From a virus (Duplodnaviria > Caudoviricetes), in IMG/VR virus record IMGVR_UViG_3300037462_000746, positions 1 to 55,523 of that record: DNA of 55,523 bases; one strand, given 5' to 3'. Shown here in pieces: positions 19,515 to 29,056 of the stretch. The position numbers and the translations under genes were made by a program. The notes under the pieces were generated by a model. It saw only the letters and a list, made by a program, of their open reading frames with translations. It was not told the origin of the DNA and did no database searches. How positions within the stretch are numbered: position 1 is the first letter of the stretch; every line of letters begins with the position of its first letter.

Positions 19515-19880
19515 ATTTTCTTCGTTCTGCGGGGGAGTGTTAACAGAAATATCCCCTATTACTTGGATGCTTTCTATGCCGCTCTTGTAAATAACTTTGG
19601 GCTTTTTTACTGGGTCTAAGATGATAATATATCGATCAAAATGACTCACCTTTCCTGAAAACTCTTTTCCGCTTTGCATTTGAATTAAAATTTCAATTCC
19701 TTGATCTTTCATGCTTTCTAAAAACATGTCTTGTACTTTAGAGGTCTGTGAAATATTTACTGGTTTTTTTTTCTTGGCAGGCGCATTGAAAGATTTTTTG
19801 AATGCAGGTTTTGAATAGCCCATTCCAGGTCTAGATGTTTGCGGACGTTGAGGGTATTCGTTGTTTGGTTGGTATGCCAT
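19509..19880 (-). CDS. hfq: Hfq-family RNA chaperone (Sm/Lsm fold) with basic N-terminal extension
   Basis: VQDMFL...G...GKV..FDRY.I.L...VIYKSGI aligns with Hfq LQDPFL...GIKLQGQIESFDQFVILL...MVYKHAI; start ATG 19880 after AGAGG. Confidence 0.9.
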   Translation of the reverse strand: MAYQPNNEYPQRPQTSRPGMGYSKPAFKKSFNAPAKKKKPVNISQTSKVQDMFLESMKDQGIEILIQMQSGKEFSGKVSHFDRYIIILDPVKKPKVIYKSGIESIQVIGDISVNTPPQNEENL

Positions 19881-19941
19881 ATTTTCCTCTTTATGTTGAC
19901 TTTGTTTAAGTTTAATGAATATATATCTATAGTCAAGAAAA

Positions 19942-20643
19942 ATGAGGAACAAAGTGGTAAGTGAGGACTTTCCTGCCTTAGAAACGTTAGATGAATTAAT
20001 TCATTATTTTTTGAATATAGCTGAAGAGTATTCAAAAGCTGGCTTAATTAGTCTTGCTATTCAGGATAATTTGCTTTGGCATTGGCATAAAAATTTTAAG
20101 GTAATTATTCCACTATTAAAAAGGCTTAATTTAGAAGGGGATTTTTTGGTTCAGGATGAAGATCTTTTTAATCATGCAAAATCAACAAAAAAAATTGAAA
20201 AGATATTTCTTCTTGAGGCTGTTTATCAGATGGGGAAAATCATATTTACCCATCGAAACGAAAACAAAGATACGTATGTTTATCCCATTGTAGATCGTTT
20301 GATGTTCTATAGGCTTCAAACATTTTATAAACCAATAATAGATCATCCCGTTGATACTATCAAATTACATCAGCCGAAAATAGAAATCGATAAATCTGAA
20401 AAGTTTATACGCTATAAGGTAAAAGAATTTTTTATTCATATGGCTGCACCTGAAAATGAAGAAGAATATAATCTGATAATACACACAATATTAAACCTTA
20501 TCAAAAGCATCAAAATTCATGAAGACTCACCCATGGTAAACGAATGTAAAGAGTTGATATCTCTTTTAACACATATATTTGAGACGCCAAAAAGTAATGA
20601 TAAAAGCGAAACAAAACAAAAATCTTTGGAAAGAAAGGATTAA
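19942..20643 (+). CDS. Hypothetical protein
   Basis: 233 aa helical ORF, divergent from hfq. Confidence 0.7.
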   Translation: MRNKVVSEDFPALETLDELIHYFLNIAEEYSKAGLISLAIQDNLLWHWHKNFKVIIPLLKRLNLEGDFLVQDEDLFNHAKSTKKIEKIFLLEAVYQMGKIIFTHRNENKDTYVYPIVDRLMFYRLQTFYKPIIDHPVDTIKLHQPKIEIDKSEKFIRYKVKEFFIHMAAPENEEEYNLIIHTILNLIKSIKIHEDSPMVNECKELISLLTHIFETPKSNDKSETKQKSLERKD

Positions 20644-20646
20644 TTA

Positions 20647-21351
20647 ATGAGCCAAAATATTGAACTTAGTACCCCAAAGCCAGAAACTTCCGAAATGCAT
20701 GAAAACATGTTTAAGGAGATGACTCCCACCATTAATTATAACGATCTTGAAACATTACTTGGACAAATTTCTTTAGAAATGACGAACTTTGATGAGCTCC
20801 TTAAAGCTGTTATAGATAATGCAATAGACAAAAAAGAAGACATGTTTCCAGCATGTATAGGATTGCTCAAAAGATATCATCTTATTGAAAAGCTACATTT
20901 AGAGGTAGTGAACGCTAAACCTCAAGAAGAATATGCACGTTATGTATTAATGAGAATTTTTTTAGCGGCTTTGATGGCAGTTATTTTTGAAATATGTTTA
21001 TACAAAGAAGCAGGCGAATTGAAACCTCTGCGTCCATTTTACATGCTTTACGCAACTTGTTATATGAAGTTTAATAGCCCTAAGTTTCATTTTCCCGATG
21101 ATTTTATTCATGAATTTGCCTTTATGGAAGAATATGTGTCTTCTATTAATCCATGTTTGGGCGAGCCATTTTTCAAAAAAAGTTTATTTAAAGCGAGCGC
21201 ACAAGATGTAATAGATATAATAAAAGTCTTTATTGATGGATTAAAAACCATCAAAAAACGGTCATATGCTCAAAAAAAAGACACCGATACACTAAAATAC
21301 ACTTATCCATATGTATCGTTTATGTACGAACCTAAGCAACAATCTAATTAA
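20647..21351 (+). CDS. Hypothetical protein, paralog of next gene
   Basis: Extensive similarity to 21367-22107. Confidence 0.8.
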   Translation: MSQNIELSTPKPETSEMHENMFKEMTPTINYNDLETLLGQISLEMTNFDELLKAVIDNAIDKKEDMFPACIGLLKRYHLIEKLHLEVVNAKPQEEYARYVLMRIFLAALMAVIFEICLYKEAGELKPLRPFYMLYATCYMKFNSPKFHFPDDFIHEFAFMEEYVSSINPCLGEPFFKKSLFKASAQDVIDIIKVFIDGLKTIKKRSYAQKKDTDTLKYTYPYVSFMYEPKQQSN

Positions 21352-21366
21352 TGAAAGGATTAATCT

Positions 21367-22107
21367 ATGAAAGAAATTGAAGTATCTGTCCAGGTAGATC
21401 CTGGAAATCCAGGAATTCGTGAAATGTATGAAAAAGTATTTAAGGAAAACCCTCCTGCCTTAGATTATGATGAGCTTGCAATCATAATGGAACAAATAGC
21501 TTTAGAACTGAAAAACATAGAGGAGCTCGTTTCAGCTGTTATCAACAATACAGTGAAAAAAAAAGAAAGCATGCTTCCAGTTTCTGTAGGGTTGCTTAAA
21601 AAACATAAAATTATTGATAAGCTTCCTTTGATGGCGAAGAAGGCAAAAGATAAAGAGGGTTATACGCGTTATGTATTGGTGAGAATGTTCATATCTTCTA
21701 TCATGTGTGACATTTTTGCTACAGGATGGTACGAGGAAGAAGGAAAATTAAAACCTTTGCTTTCGCTTTACATGCTATATTCAACCTGCTACAAAAAGTT
21801 TGATGACCCTAATTTCGTCTTTGCAATGAATTTTGAAGAAAAATTTATTGCTCTTGAAAAATATGTATCCGATATTAAGCCTTTTCTCGATGAGCCACAC
21901 CTTAAAAAATGCATATTGAAATTAAATGGTGAAGACTTTAACGCTCTCTGCGAAGTTTTCATTGCAGCATTAAAGGAAACCAAGGAATGTGTAGAAGTTT
22001 CTGAAAAAGAGAGCGATTCATCAAAGAACATCTATCCAAAAATATCGTTTATAGACAATGCTCTTTTCATTCTTCAATCTTTTGTGAGTACTTTTACTGA
22101 AGCATAG
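21367..22107 (+). CDS. Hypothetical protein, paralog of previous gene
   Basis: Shared Y.RYVL.R.F, G.LKPL...YMLY.TCY.KF. Confidence 0.8.
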   Translation: MKEIEVSVQVDPGNPGIREMYEKVFKENPPALDYDELAIIMEQIALELKNIEELVSAVINNTVKKKESMLPVSVGLLKKHKIIDKLPLMAKKAKDKEGYTRYVLVRMFISSIMCDIFATGWYEEEGKLKPLLSLYMLYSTCYKKFDDPNFVFAMNFEEKFIALEKYVSDIKPFLDEPHLKKCILKLNGEDFNALCEVFIAALKETKECVEVSEKESDSSKNIYPKISFIDNALFILQSFVSTFTEA

Positions 22108-22136
22108 GTATTAAGTAATAAAAGGGTTAAAAAGGC

Positions 22137-22781
22137 ATGAATATAGATACCTTAGAAGGATATGCAAGAGCTGTTCATCGATGTCTGGAAAAAACATTTA
22201 AAGTGCATCTGGAGTTTTTAGAAGGAACTCCAGAAAAATTATCGAAGCTTTGTTTAATTGGTCCCTGGTTTTACAGGGAATTGTATGAAGCGTTAACCCC
22301 CCTTTATGAAAAGTTTTGCAACCAAAAAAGTAAAAAGCTTTTAGATGATTCTATCTATAAAGAGTTTAAACCTAAGATAAAGCGCATCTTAAAAAGCCTT
22401 TTGTTAAAAGAGATTATATACAAAAAAAAAGGTGATGTTCTTTTGTACGATGATGCCATTATCTTAAATGCCAAAAAAGACGTACTTAAAATCTTTTTTA
22501 AAGGAAAACCTTTGTCTGAAGATAAAAAAGCTTACAAATCTTTGCCTGACCAAGAGAAGGTATATACTTTATTAATAAAGGCGACAGAGGATGAATTTAC
22601 ATCTTATTTGGTGAAAACAGTGTTAATGCTTAAATCATGGGTCAATGAGTTAACTCAAGAAAACATAAATTTACAATCGTTGGTGATTACGAATGTATGT
22701 ATGCTCATTAACAAGTTAATTGATATTCTTACCTTATTTGAGAACCAAAGTTTGTTTAACTTTTTTCATGAGGAGAAATAA
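22137..22781 (+). CDS. Hypothetical protein
   Basis: 214 aa ORF. Confidence 0.7.
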   Translation: MNIDTLEGYARAVHRCLEKTFKVHLEFLEGTPEKLSKLCLIGPWFYRELYEALTPLYEKFCNQKSKKLLDDSIYKEFKPKIKRILKSLLLKEIIYKKKGDVLLYDDAIILNAKKDVLKIFFKGKPLSEDKKAYKSLPDQEKVYTLLIKATEDEFTSYLVKTVLMLKSWVNELTQENINLQSLVITNVCMLINKLIDILTLFENQSLFNFFHEEK

Positions 22782-22818
22782 GATACAATGGTTTTAGTCA
22801 ACAACAACAATAACAAAA

Positions 22819-23820
22819 ATGACGACACAAATTATTCAAACTCGAATCGACCCAATAGTACCTGCCAATGCCTCACTTAATGTAATTGAGATCAACGCAC
22901 AAAACACACCCGTTCAACTTATTTACCCGACTACATTCATTCAAAGTCCATATTATTTAGCGGCGGCTATTATAATAACTCAGCCTATAGGATTTTCAGA
23001 TGGAACGTTGGTTATGCCAAACGCATTGCAAATACCACAAAGTATCGTTTGTCAATTCATCAACACATCTGCCTCTCCCTTTACACTTCTTAATTTTGAA
23101 GGAGAGGTTATAAGGGTCATAGAACCCGGTAAAATGATCCTTTTGTATATGTTACCTTCGTCCAATCCTCCAACCCCAGCAGGTAATTTCTATACTGCTG
23201 AAATTGGGGCTGGCTCTTCAGGTCAAGATCCTGCTGCCCTTGCAGGGTTTGGACTCATAGCATTGGATAATAATAAACTAAATTGTTTTATAGAAAGCAA
23301 TGTTTTCGACGTACCTTTTGTATTAACAAATGACTTTGATGCTTCATTGATCACTTGGACAGGTGGAACGTATACCATTGACCTTGATACGTTAGCATCA
23401 CCAATTCCAGGTTTCTATTGCATGGTCAAAAACGCATCACCTTCAGTTTTAACCCTTCAAGCTTCCAACATAGACGGCGGAACAACCATTGATTTAATTC
23501 CAAATCAATCGTGTATTATTGTTTATGATAATACTTTTTCTAATTGGAAAACCGTTGGTTTAGGGTCATTTTCTTTTGGAAATGCCGTGCAATTTACATC
23601 CACTGGCATACGATTAACCAATGGTTCTGCAACCAATCCTTCGTTGGCGTACATTGCTGATCCAAGCACGGGTTTATTTTCTAAGGGTACAAGCGATGTG
23701 TCTATCACTAACTCTGGTGCAGAATCGATCAGTTTCACGCAAGAAGGCCCTGTTTTAATTGTCGGAAACTATATGCTGGGAGGAGATCTTTTACTAGAGT
23801 ATGCAGGCATTTACCCATAG
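22819..23820 (+). CDS. Putative tail/virion structural protein
   Basis: Beta-rich; GSATNPSLAY..DPSTGLF motif common in tail fibres. Confidence 0.6.
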   Translation: MTTQIIQTRIDPIVPANASLNVIEINAQNTPVQLIYPTTFIQSPYYLAAAIIITQPIGFSDGTLVMPNALQIPQSIVCQFINTSASPFTLLNFEGEVIRVIEPGKMILLYMLPSSNPPTPAGNFYTAEIGAGSSGQDPAALAGFGLIALDNNKLNCFIESNVFDVPFVLTNDFDASLITWTGGTYTIDLDTLASPIPGFYCMVKNASPSVLTLQASNIDGGTTIDLIPNQSCIIVYDNTFSNWKTVGLGSFSFGNAVQFTSTGIRLTNGSATNPSLAYIADPSTGLFSKGTSDVSITNSGAESISFTQEGPVLIVGNYMLGGDLLLEYAGIYP

Positions 23821-23829
23821 GAGTAAAAA

Positions 23830-25404
23830 ATGAGCGTATATTCTAACCCTTTAGGTGAGTTTGCAAGGGCAATTCCGATCCAATCGGGTGCTAACCTTGA
23901 TATGACCAAGTTTTCTTCAACGATGTGGATAGATTCCCAACACACAAGATGGGATAATGGGTATCCACGAAAAATGGGAGGAAGGCAGCTTGTAGATTTC
24001 GGAAATGATTCAATTGCACGAGCCATTTACGTCAACATCGTAGACGACAATCGACGTTATATTTTGATGAAAGACAACTCCATCATACAAATTGATGTAA
24101 ACCCGGAGGGAAATATAACAGCCATTCGAAATCGGACACCCGTTGGTTGGGAATTACCCGAAGCAGGCAATAATTATAATTATTCCTTTACTGAATTTTC
24201 ACGCACTACGACCAATGATGGTATAATTGCTTCTCTTGTGTTTTTTTTCTTTGTGCCCCTTGAAAACGCCAAAAACCCATTAACAAATAAAGAAAAACAA
24301 ATTTATTTTGGACGTATCGATCAAGATACGCCATTTATACCTTATGAGGCATTTGTTGCAGACAATCCTACTCAAAAACCTGTTAAAACTTCAGGGGGTG
24401 TTATTGAATCAACTCAAAGGTTAATTATTTATGGAAATGGGGGGCTAATTTACTATACCGAAGTAAATAATTTTGATGTGATTCCAATTGCAAACATTTC
24501 TGCGGGGGGGTCATTAAAAATACTTGCGGCAAGACCATACCGCGGGTCAATTTTGTTTTGGTCGCCAGAGGTGTTGTTTGGAGGCACCTTTACATCCCTT
24601 GGATTAAATCTCGAACGACTTACAAGCATGACCATTGTAAGTCCTACATCCATTATAGATGGAAGAAATTCAACCTATTACTGGATGGGCTTAAATCAGA
24701 TGTATGCCTTTAACGGAGCGCTTCAGACTTTCCAAAACGATAATAACCGCAATTATTTATACGAAAAGTTGAATCGCAATTACTTAGGAAACTGCTGGGG
24801 AATGTTCTTAGAAAGTTTCACTGAGCTTGCATGGTTTGTGCCACAAAACGATGACAAAGAGGCATCGCTTTGTATTATACACAATATGGAAGAAAAAACA
24901 TGGTATAAAACCATTCTAAATAGGTCATGTGGACTGACTACGGGTGTAGCACCCTACCCTGTAATGGGTGATAACCAATTTCTTCCTGGCTTTCTTCAAA
25001 ACAATTATCCTATTTGGTATGAAGACAAAGGTTTAAATCAAGTCATCGAAGGTATTGCCTACCCAATTGAGGCTTGGGTTGAGTCGAACATGTTTAGGAC
25101 ATACCTTGATAGTGTTCAAGCTAATCTTGCAGTTGTGTTAAGACGTTTGGAGAAGAATATTAATCAAATAGGAGATATGTACCTTGAGGTTAAGTATTAC
25201 AATTATCCTGACTCAGAAGCCTCTACCCTAGACCCTATAGTATTTCAACCCTCCACAACAAACATTAACTTTTCCCTAGAATCCAGTATTTTTAGTTTCA
25301 AATTTGTTTCAAACACTATTGATGGATTTTATCAATTTGGACCGTTGGTGATTAACTACCAAAACGGAAATGCAAGACCTACGGTTTCTTTTACAGGTGA
25401 ATGA
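23830..25404 (+). CDS. Putative tail hub/tubular (DNA-stabilization, P22 gp10-like) protein
   Basis: W.D...RW..G.PRKMGG N-terminus, YWMG...Y.FNG, WF.P motifs. Confidence 0.65.
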   Translation: MSVYSNPLGEFARAIPIQSGANLDMTKFSSTMWIDSQHTRWDNGYPRKMGGRQLVDFGNDSIARAIYVNIVDDNRRYILMKDNSIIQIDVNPEGNITAIRNRTPVGWELPEAGNNYNYSFTEFSRTTTNDGIIASLVFFFFVPLENAKNPLTNKEKQIYFGRIDQDTPFIPYEAFVADNPTQKPVKTSGGVIESTQRLIIYGNGGLIYYTEVNNFDVIPIANISAGGSLKILAARPYRGSILFWSPEVLFGGTFTSLGLNLERLTSMTIVSPTSIIDGRNSTYYWMGLNQMYAFNGALQTFQNDNNRNYLYEKLNRNYLGNCWGMFLESFTELAWFVPQNDDKEASLCIIHNMEEKTWYKTILNRSCGLTTGVAPYPVMGDNQFLPGFLQNNYPIWYEDKGLNQVIEGIAYPIEAWVESNMFRTYLDSVQANLAVVLRRLEKNINQIGDMYLEVKYYNYPDSEASTLDPIVFQPSTTNINFSLESSIFSFKFVSNTIDGFYQFGPLVINYQNGNARPTVSFTGE

Positions 25405-25646
25405 TGAAACTTAATGTTCCGTTGCCTGGAAAACTTGAGTTCAAGGATTGGGCAGAAAAATTCATTGCGAATTATCCAAATTCTGGTATATCTTTACCAA
25501 GAGAAAATCAAGATTGGTCAGAATGGGGACAGCTTCTCATGTCAGTACCAGAATTTAAGACGATTCCAAATCCTTTAAAATCTATGTACAAAGATGATTG
25601 GCAAAGCTGGGCAATCTTGATGATCTCTACAAAAAGGGATTCCTAA
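25401..25646 (+). CDS. Small conserved-looking phage protein
   Basis: Trp-rich 81 aa, coupled to tail hub gene. Confidence 0.6.
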   Translation: MMKLNVPLPGKLEFKDWAEKFIANYPNSGISLPRENQDWSEWGQLLMSVPEFKTIPNPLKSMYKDDWQSWAILMISTKRDS

Positions 25647-25975
25647 TGGACTTGCACCTTAAAACTTTGAAAGACTTTAAAAATGATCTTATTAAAATGC
25701 GCGATCAATCCTTAGATCGATTTATTTTCAGTGAATTATCCGATAAAGAAATCCACGAAATCAGAGGTATGGTATTGGGGATATCAAAAATACTATTAAA
25801 CTTACAAAATATCCTTGATGACTATTTAAAAAACTCTGATTTACCCTATAATTTACGAATCCTCGAAGAAGAAGCCAAGAAGTATAATATTGGCATGTCT
25901 GATTCTGGGGCTGAATTGAAAGGAAAATACAATGAAAACTCATCCAATCATATCAAATATGAACATATTTATTAA
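25646..25975 (+). CDS. Hypothetical protein
   Basis: Start MDLHLK by TAATG coupling. Confidence 0.6.
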   Translation: MDLHLKTLKDFKNDLIKMRDQSLDRFIFSELSDKEIHEIRGMVLGISKILLNLQNILDDYLKNSDLPYNLRILEEEAKKYNIGMSDSGAELKGKYNENSSNHIKYEHIY

Positions 25976-26273
25976 ACTTCTTAAAATCAATAAGGAATTT
26001 CTTAAACTTCGCAAAGAAAAAATTCGCTTACGCTTTGGCAGGTATATCTCTGAAAGCATCCCAATTAAATTTCTTATTCTTGCTCAAATATGCCTTTTTC
26101 TAGCATTAGGTCATGAAAAGCATCTAGATAGCTATATCAAAATTTTTGGTCAAGCATCTTATCAAACATTTTTAGTATGGATAGCTGGGCTATTTATAGG
26201 TGCTTATTTTTCAGAATTAAACATCTATTTAAAAGATGCAGAAGCCAATGATTGGCGCGCACCCGATTTTTAG
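25932..26273 (+). CDS. Small membrane protein (2 TM)
   Basis: Two hydrophobic segments. Confidence 0.5.
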   Translation: MKTHPIISNMNIFIKLLKINKEFLKLRKEKIRLRFGRYISESIPIKFLILAQICLFLALGHEKHLDSYIKIFGQASYQTFLVWIAGLFIGAYFSELNIYLKDAEANDWRAPDF

Positions 26274-26281
26274 GGAAAACT

Positions 26282-26584
26282 ATGTTATTTGAAGCAACTA
26301 AAATAGTCTTAAATGAGTGTAAGTTTAGATTCATATCAGAGCTAGTTAACGACCTTTTTACCAATAAGTTTTTCGTAAGTCTATTAATGATTCATAGCGT
26401 TTTAGAACAACTTTCTTTCGACTTTGTAAAACTCGACAAAGTTGTTAATATTAAATGTATATTATTCTGCTATGCCATTGGGGTTTCAGTTAGAATTTTC
26501 ATAGAGCTTTTAAAGGATGCACAACATAGGGTTCAAGTACGCATATGGTGTGAAGAATTGGATAAAAAGAATGACTTTAACTAA
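26282..26584 (+). CDS. Small membrane protein
   Basis: ATG 26282 after AGGGA; hydrophobic segments. Confidence 0.5.
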   Translation: MLFEATKIVLNECKFRFISELVNDLFTNKFFVSLLMIHSVLEQLSFDFVKLDKVVNIKCILFCYAIGVSVRIFIELLKDAQHRVQVRIWCEELDKKNDFN

Positions 26585-26768
26585 AGCTATAATGTCTATC
26601 CCAATATTCATAGCTTTCATAGCGAATGGTATAAGTTTAATTCCTTTCGCTATGCCCCATGAATACGACTTACATCGATGGGAGAAAAAACAACTTATGA
26701 TAGTCTTATTTTATTTCATGACGAACCTTCTAAGCGCATATGCAGGGGTTTGTTTAATATTATTTTAA
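26571..26768 (+). CDS. Small membrane protein (2 TM), holin candidate
   Basis: 65 aa, two hydrophobic segments. Confidence 0.5.
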   Translation: MTLTKAIMSIPIFIAFIANGISLIPFAMPHEYDLHRWEKKQLMIVLFYFMTNLLSAYAGVCLILF

Positions 26769-26779
26769 GGAGATCAATA

Positions 26780-26947
26780 ATGCACAACCGTTTAGAAGCA
26801 GTTTTTGTAGGATTGCTTGGGTCAGTTCTTTTGCTCAATCTCTCTATATATACAAGAACGGACAAGCAGGAAATAATTAATGCAATTATGCTTTTACTTT
26901 TTGCAATTCTGCTCAAAATAATACACGATTTAAGGAAAAAAGACTGA
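26780..26947 (+). CDS. Small membrane protein (2 TM, basic C-terminus), holin candidate
   Basis: ATG after AAGGAG; 55 aa ending LRKKD. Confidence 0.55.
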   Translation: MHNRLEAVFVGLLGSVLLLNLSIYTRTDKQEIINAIMLLLFAILLKIIHDLRKKD

Positions 26948-26950
26948 AAA

Positions 26951-27040
26951 ATGAGCGAAAATGAAAAAAATAAATTAAAGTTGGCTTTGGTATCGATTGC
27001 ATCGATAATCATTCAATATTTGATGGTTTTTGGAGGATAA
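26951..27040 (+). CDS. 29-aa single-TM peptide
   Basis: MSENEKNKLKLALVSIASIIIQYLMVFGG, abutting neighbours. Confidence 0.4.
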   Translation: MSENEKNKLKLALVSIASIIIQYLMVFGG

Positions 27041-27142
27041 ATGCAAACACTCTATGAAATTGATCATGCTTTAGGGCTTGTTTATTTTATAACCATTGAA
27101 GCATATATACTGTATACAATTATTAAATCATTGTTAGATTAA
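27041..27142 (+). CDS. 33-aa single-TM peptide
   Basis: ATG after GGAGG; MQTLYEIDHALGLVYFITIEAYILYTIIKSLLD. Confidence 0.45.
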   Translation: MQTLYEIDHALGLVYFITIEAYILYTIIKSLLD

Positions 27143-27207
27143 CCTTTAAGTTTCTTACTTTTTCAAGGTATACTATCTCATAATAATAATAAAAAAAAGG
27201 TTTTCAA

Positions 27208-29040
27208 ATGGCTTATATTTTTGACCTTCCACAAACCATAGGTGTGGATGCGGGTGAAACGCATGATGGTGCGATTTTAGGTACTTTTTCTCGAAAAGAT
27301 TACAACGGTATTTCGTTTTATTCTCAATACCATGAGTTTCAATATGCAGTCATAAATGGCTCTTTAACCGATCCTGATCAGCAAGAGTGGATTGAGGTTC
27401 AAGATGCGTTTAATTCGGGGACTGCCCAAGATCTTTTTACTCCTGGAGTTGATCCCAATTACAATTTTAAAACCCTCTATATTTCATATCGAGACGGCAT
27501 CGATGGCTATCGCTTTAATTGTACAACAGAAGCAACAGGCACATTTACCTTTGTTGTAGAATATAACTCACCTACTGGCTATATCACTTTGCCGGGAGCG
27601 GTTTTGAGCGCTAATTTCTTACAAGAATTAGGAGATGGAAATACATTAACTTTAGGGACTATCCCAACTAACTGGCAAGAAGATTATATTGGAATACCCA
27701 ACATACCACGTCAAAAATGGCTTCGAATTCGTGTAGCCACAGGAACTGTAACAGGACCTGCAACAATAACAGGTGCATGGGCAAAATCAGCAGTTCCAGA
27801 AGATGACATTACCCCTGGCGCAGCAAATCCTCCGTTCTATAATCCTTATGGCAACAGACTTATTACTGAAGGGGATATTTTATATTTTAGCTCGCAATAT
27901 AAAAATGGGTTGATGAACTTTGCATATACTACACCGTTGGTGGGTGATTTAAGTTATCTTTATTCAAAGGTCGATGGTACGTTTGGCGTCCTTGAAATTC
28001 AGTCTGATTTATCGTCTAACTGGAACTATGCAAATAACTTAACAGTAGATGCAACAAACCTTGTAGCAGCAGGCGCAGGCGCAACAATCAGCAGTGTTGA
28101 AGGATTATATGGCAATTGTTACGTTGAAGCAGAGTGTGCAGCTACGCCAACAGCAACTACGAATCAATGGTTGTTAGGATTATCTAACGCCCAGACGGGT
28201 ACAATCAAATATGGCTTGTTTATGACCTTTGTAGCAGGAACGCCTCGTTATCAAGTGATTATTGATGGGTCGTTGGTATTTACGACTCCGGCAGATTTTG
28301 GGTTTTATAATGACGTTCAAATTTGGCGATATAATGGTATAGTTTACTTCTTTGCAGGCGGCAAATCGTTTGGATCTGTGGTTGAAGTACCCGATAATGA
28401 TTTATTATATGTAAGGGTCGTTGGTACGGACAATGCAGTTGAAATTAACAATGTTAACTTCGTGGATTGGAGTTCTTCAAGGTATGCTAAACCTATCGCA
28501 TTAACATGGACAGAAAATACGGATTTTGACCCTCCTGCCCCATCTACCATTACCAAGGATTATCCTGCAATGTATTCCATTGCGTTCAATACGCCTGATG
28601 ATTTTGCCCCCCTTACAGCAGAATTATCGAAAACAGGGGTAGCAGGGTATAATATTGGAATTGTGAATATGACAACTCCAACTCAAGATCCAGTCCTAAT
28701 GTTAGAAAATTATATTGGGTGTGATGATCCGGATAACACCCTTTTCAAAACTGGAACACAAACGATTATTAATTTTTCCAACCTGATCACACAAAATACG
28801 GATGAGGGAGCATATATTGATCCAATATACCGAGGAGCGTTCACCTATATCATCAAAAACAGCGTTGGCGGACATGCACGTGTGGCTATGTTTTTTGATA
28901 ATAGCGCAGAACGAAATAATATTTGTGTAGCACCCATAGTCCCTAAAATAGGAGTGACGGATATAGGAATAATACAAGTGGGCTTCCAAAAAGAAGATCA
29001 ACTTGTCGGCAACCCTTCCGAAATTTCAATTTCAACATAA
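27208..29040 (+). CDS. Putative receptor-binding/tail protein
   Basis: 610 aa, T/G/A-rich beta protein with lectin-like central segment; next to tail fibre. Confidence 0.55.
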   Translation: MAYIFDLPQTIGVDAGETHDGAILGTFSRKDYNGISFYSQYHEFQYAVINGSLTDPDQQEWIEVQDAFNSGTAQDLFTPGVDPNYNFKTLYISYRDGIDGYRFNCTTEATGTFTFVVEYNSPTGYITLPGAVLSANFLQELGDGNTLTLGTIPTNWQEDYIGIPNIPRQKWLRIRVATGTVTGPATITGAWAKSAVPEDDITPGAANPPFYNPYGNRLITEGDILYFSSQYKNGLMNFAYTTPLVGDLSYLYSKVDGTFGVLEIQSDLSSNWNYANNLTVDATNLVAAGAGATISSVEGLYGNCYVEAECAATPTATTNQWLLGLSNAQTGTIKYGLFMTFVAGTPRYQVIIDGSLVFTTPADFGFYNDVQIWRYNGIVYFFAGGKSFGSVVEVPDNDLLYVRVVGTDNAVEINNVNFVDWSSSRYAKPIALTWTENTDFDPPAPSTITKDYPAMYSIAFNTPDDFAPLTAELSKTGVAGYNIGIVNMTTPTQDPVLMLENYIGCDDPDNTLFKTGTQTIINFSNLITQNTDEGAYIDPIYRGAFTYIIKNSVGGHARVAMFFDNSAERNNICVAPIVPKIGVTDIGIIQVGFQKEDQLVGNPSEISIST

Positions 29041-29056
29041 TAAAGGAATACGAATT

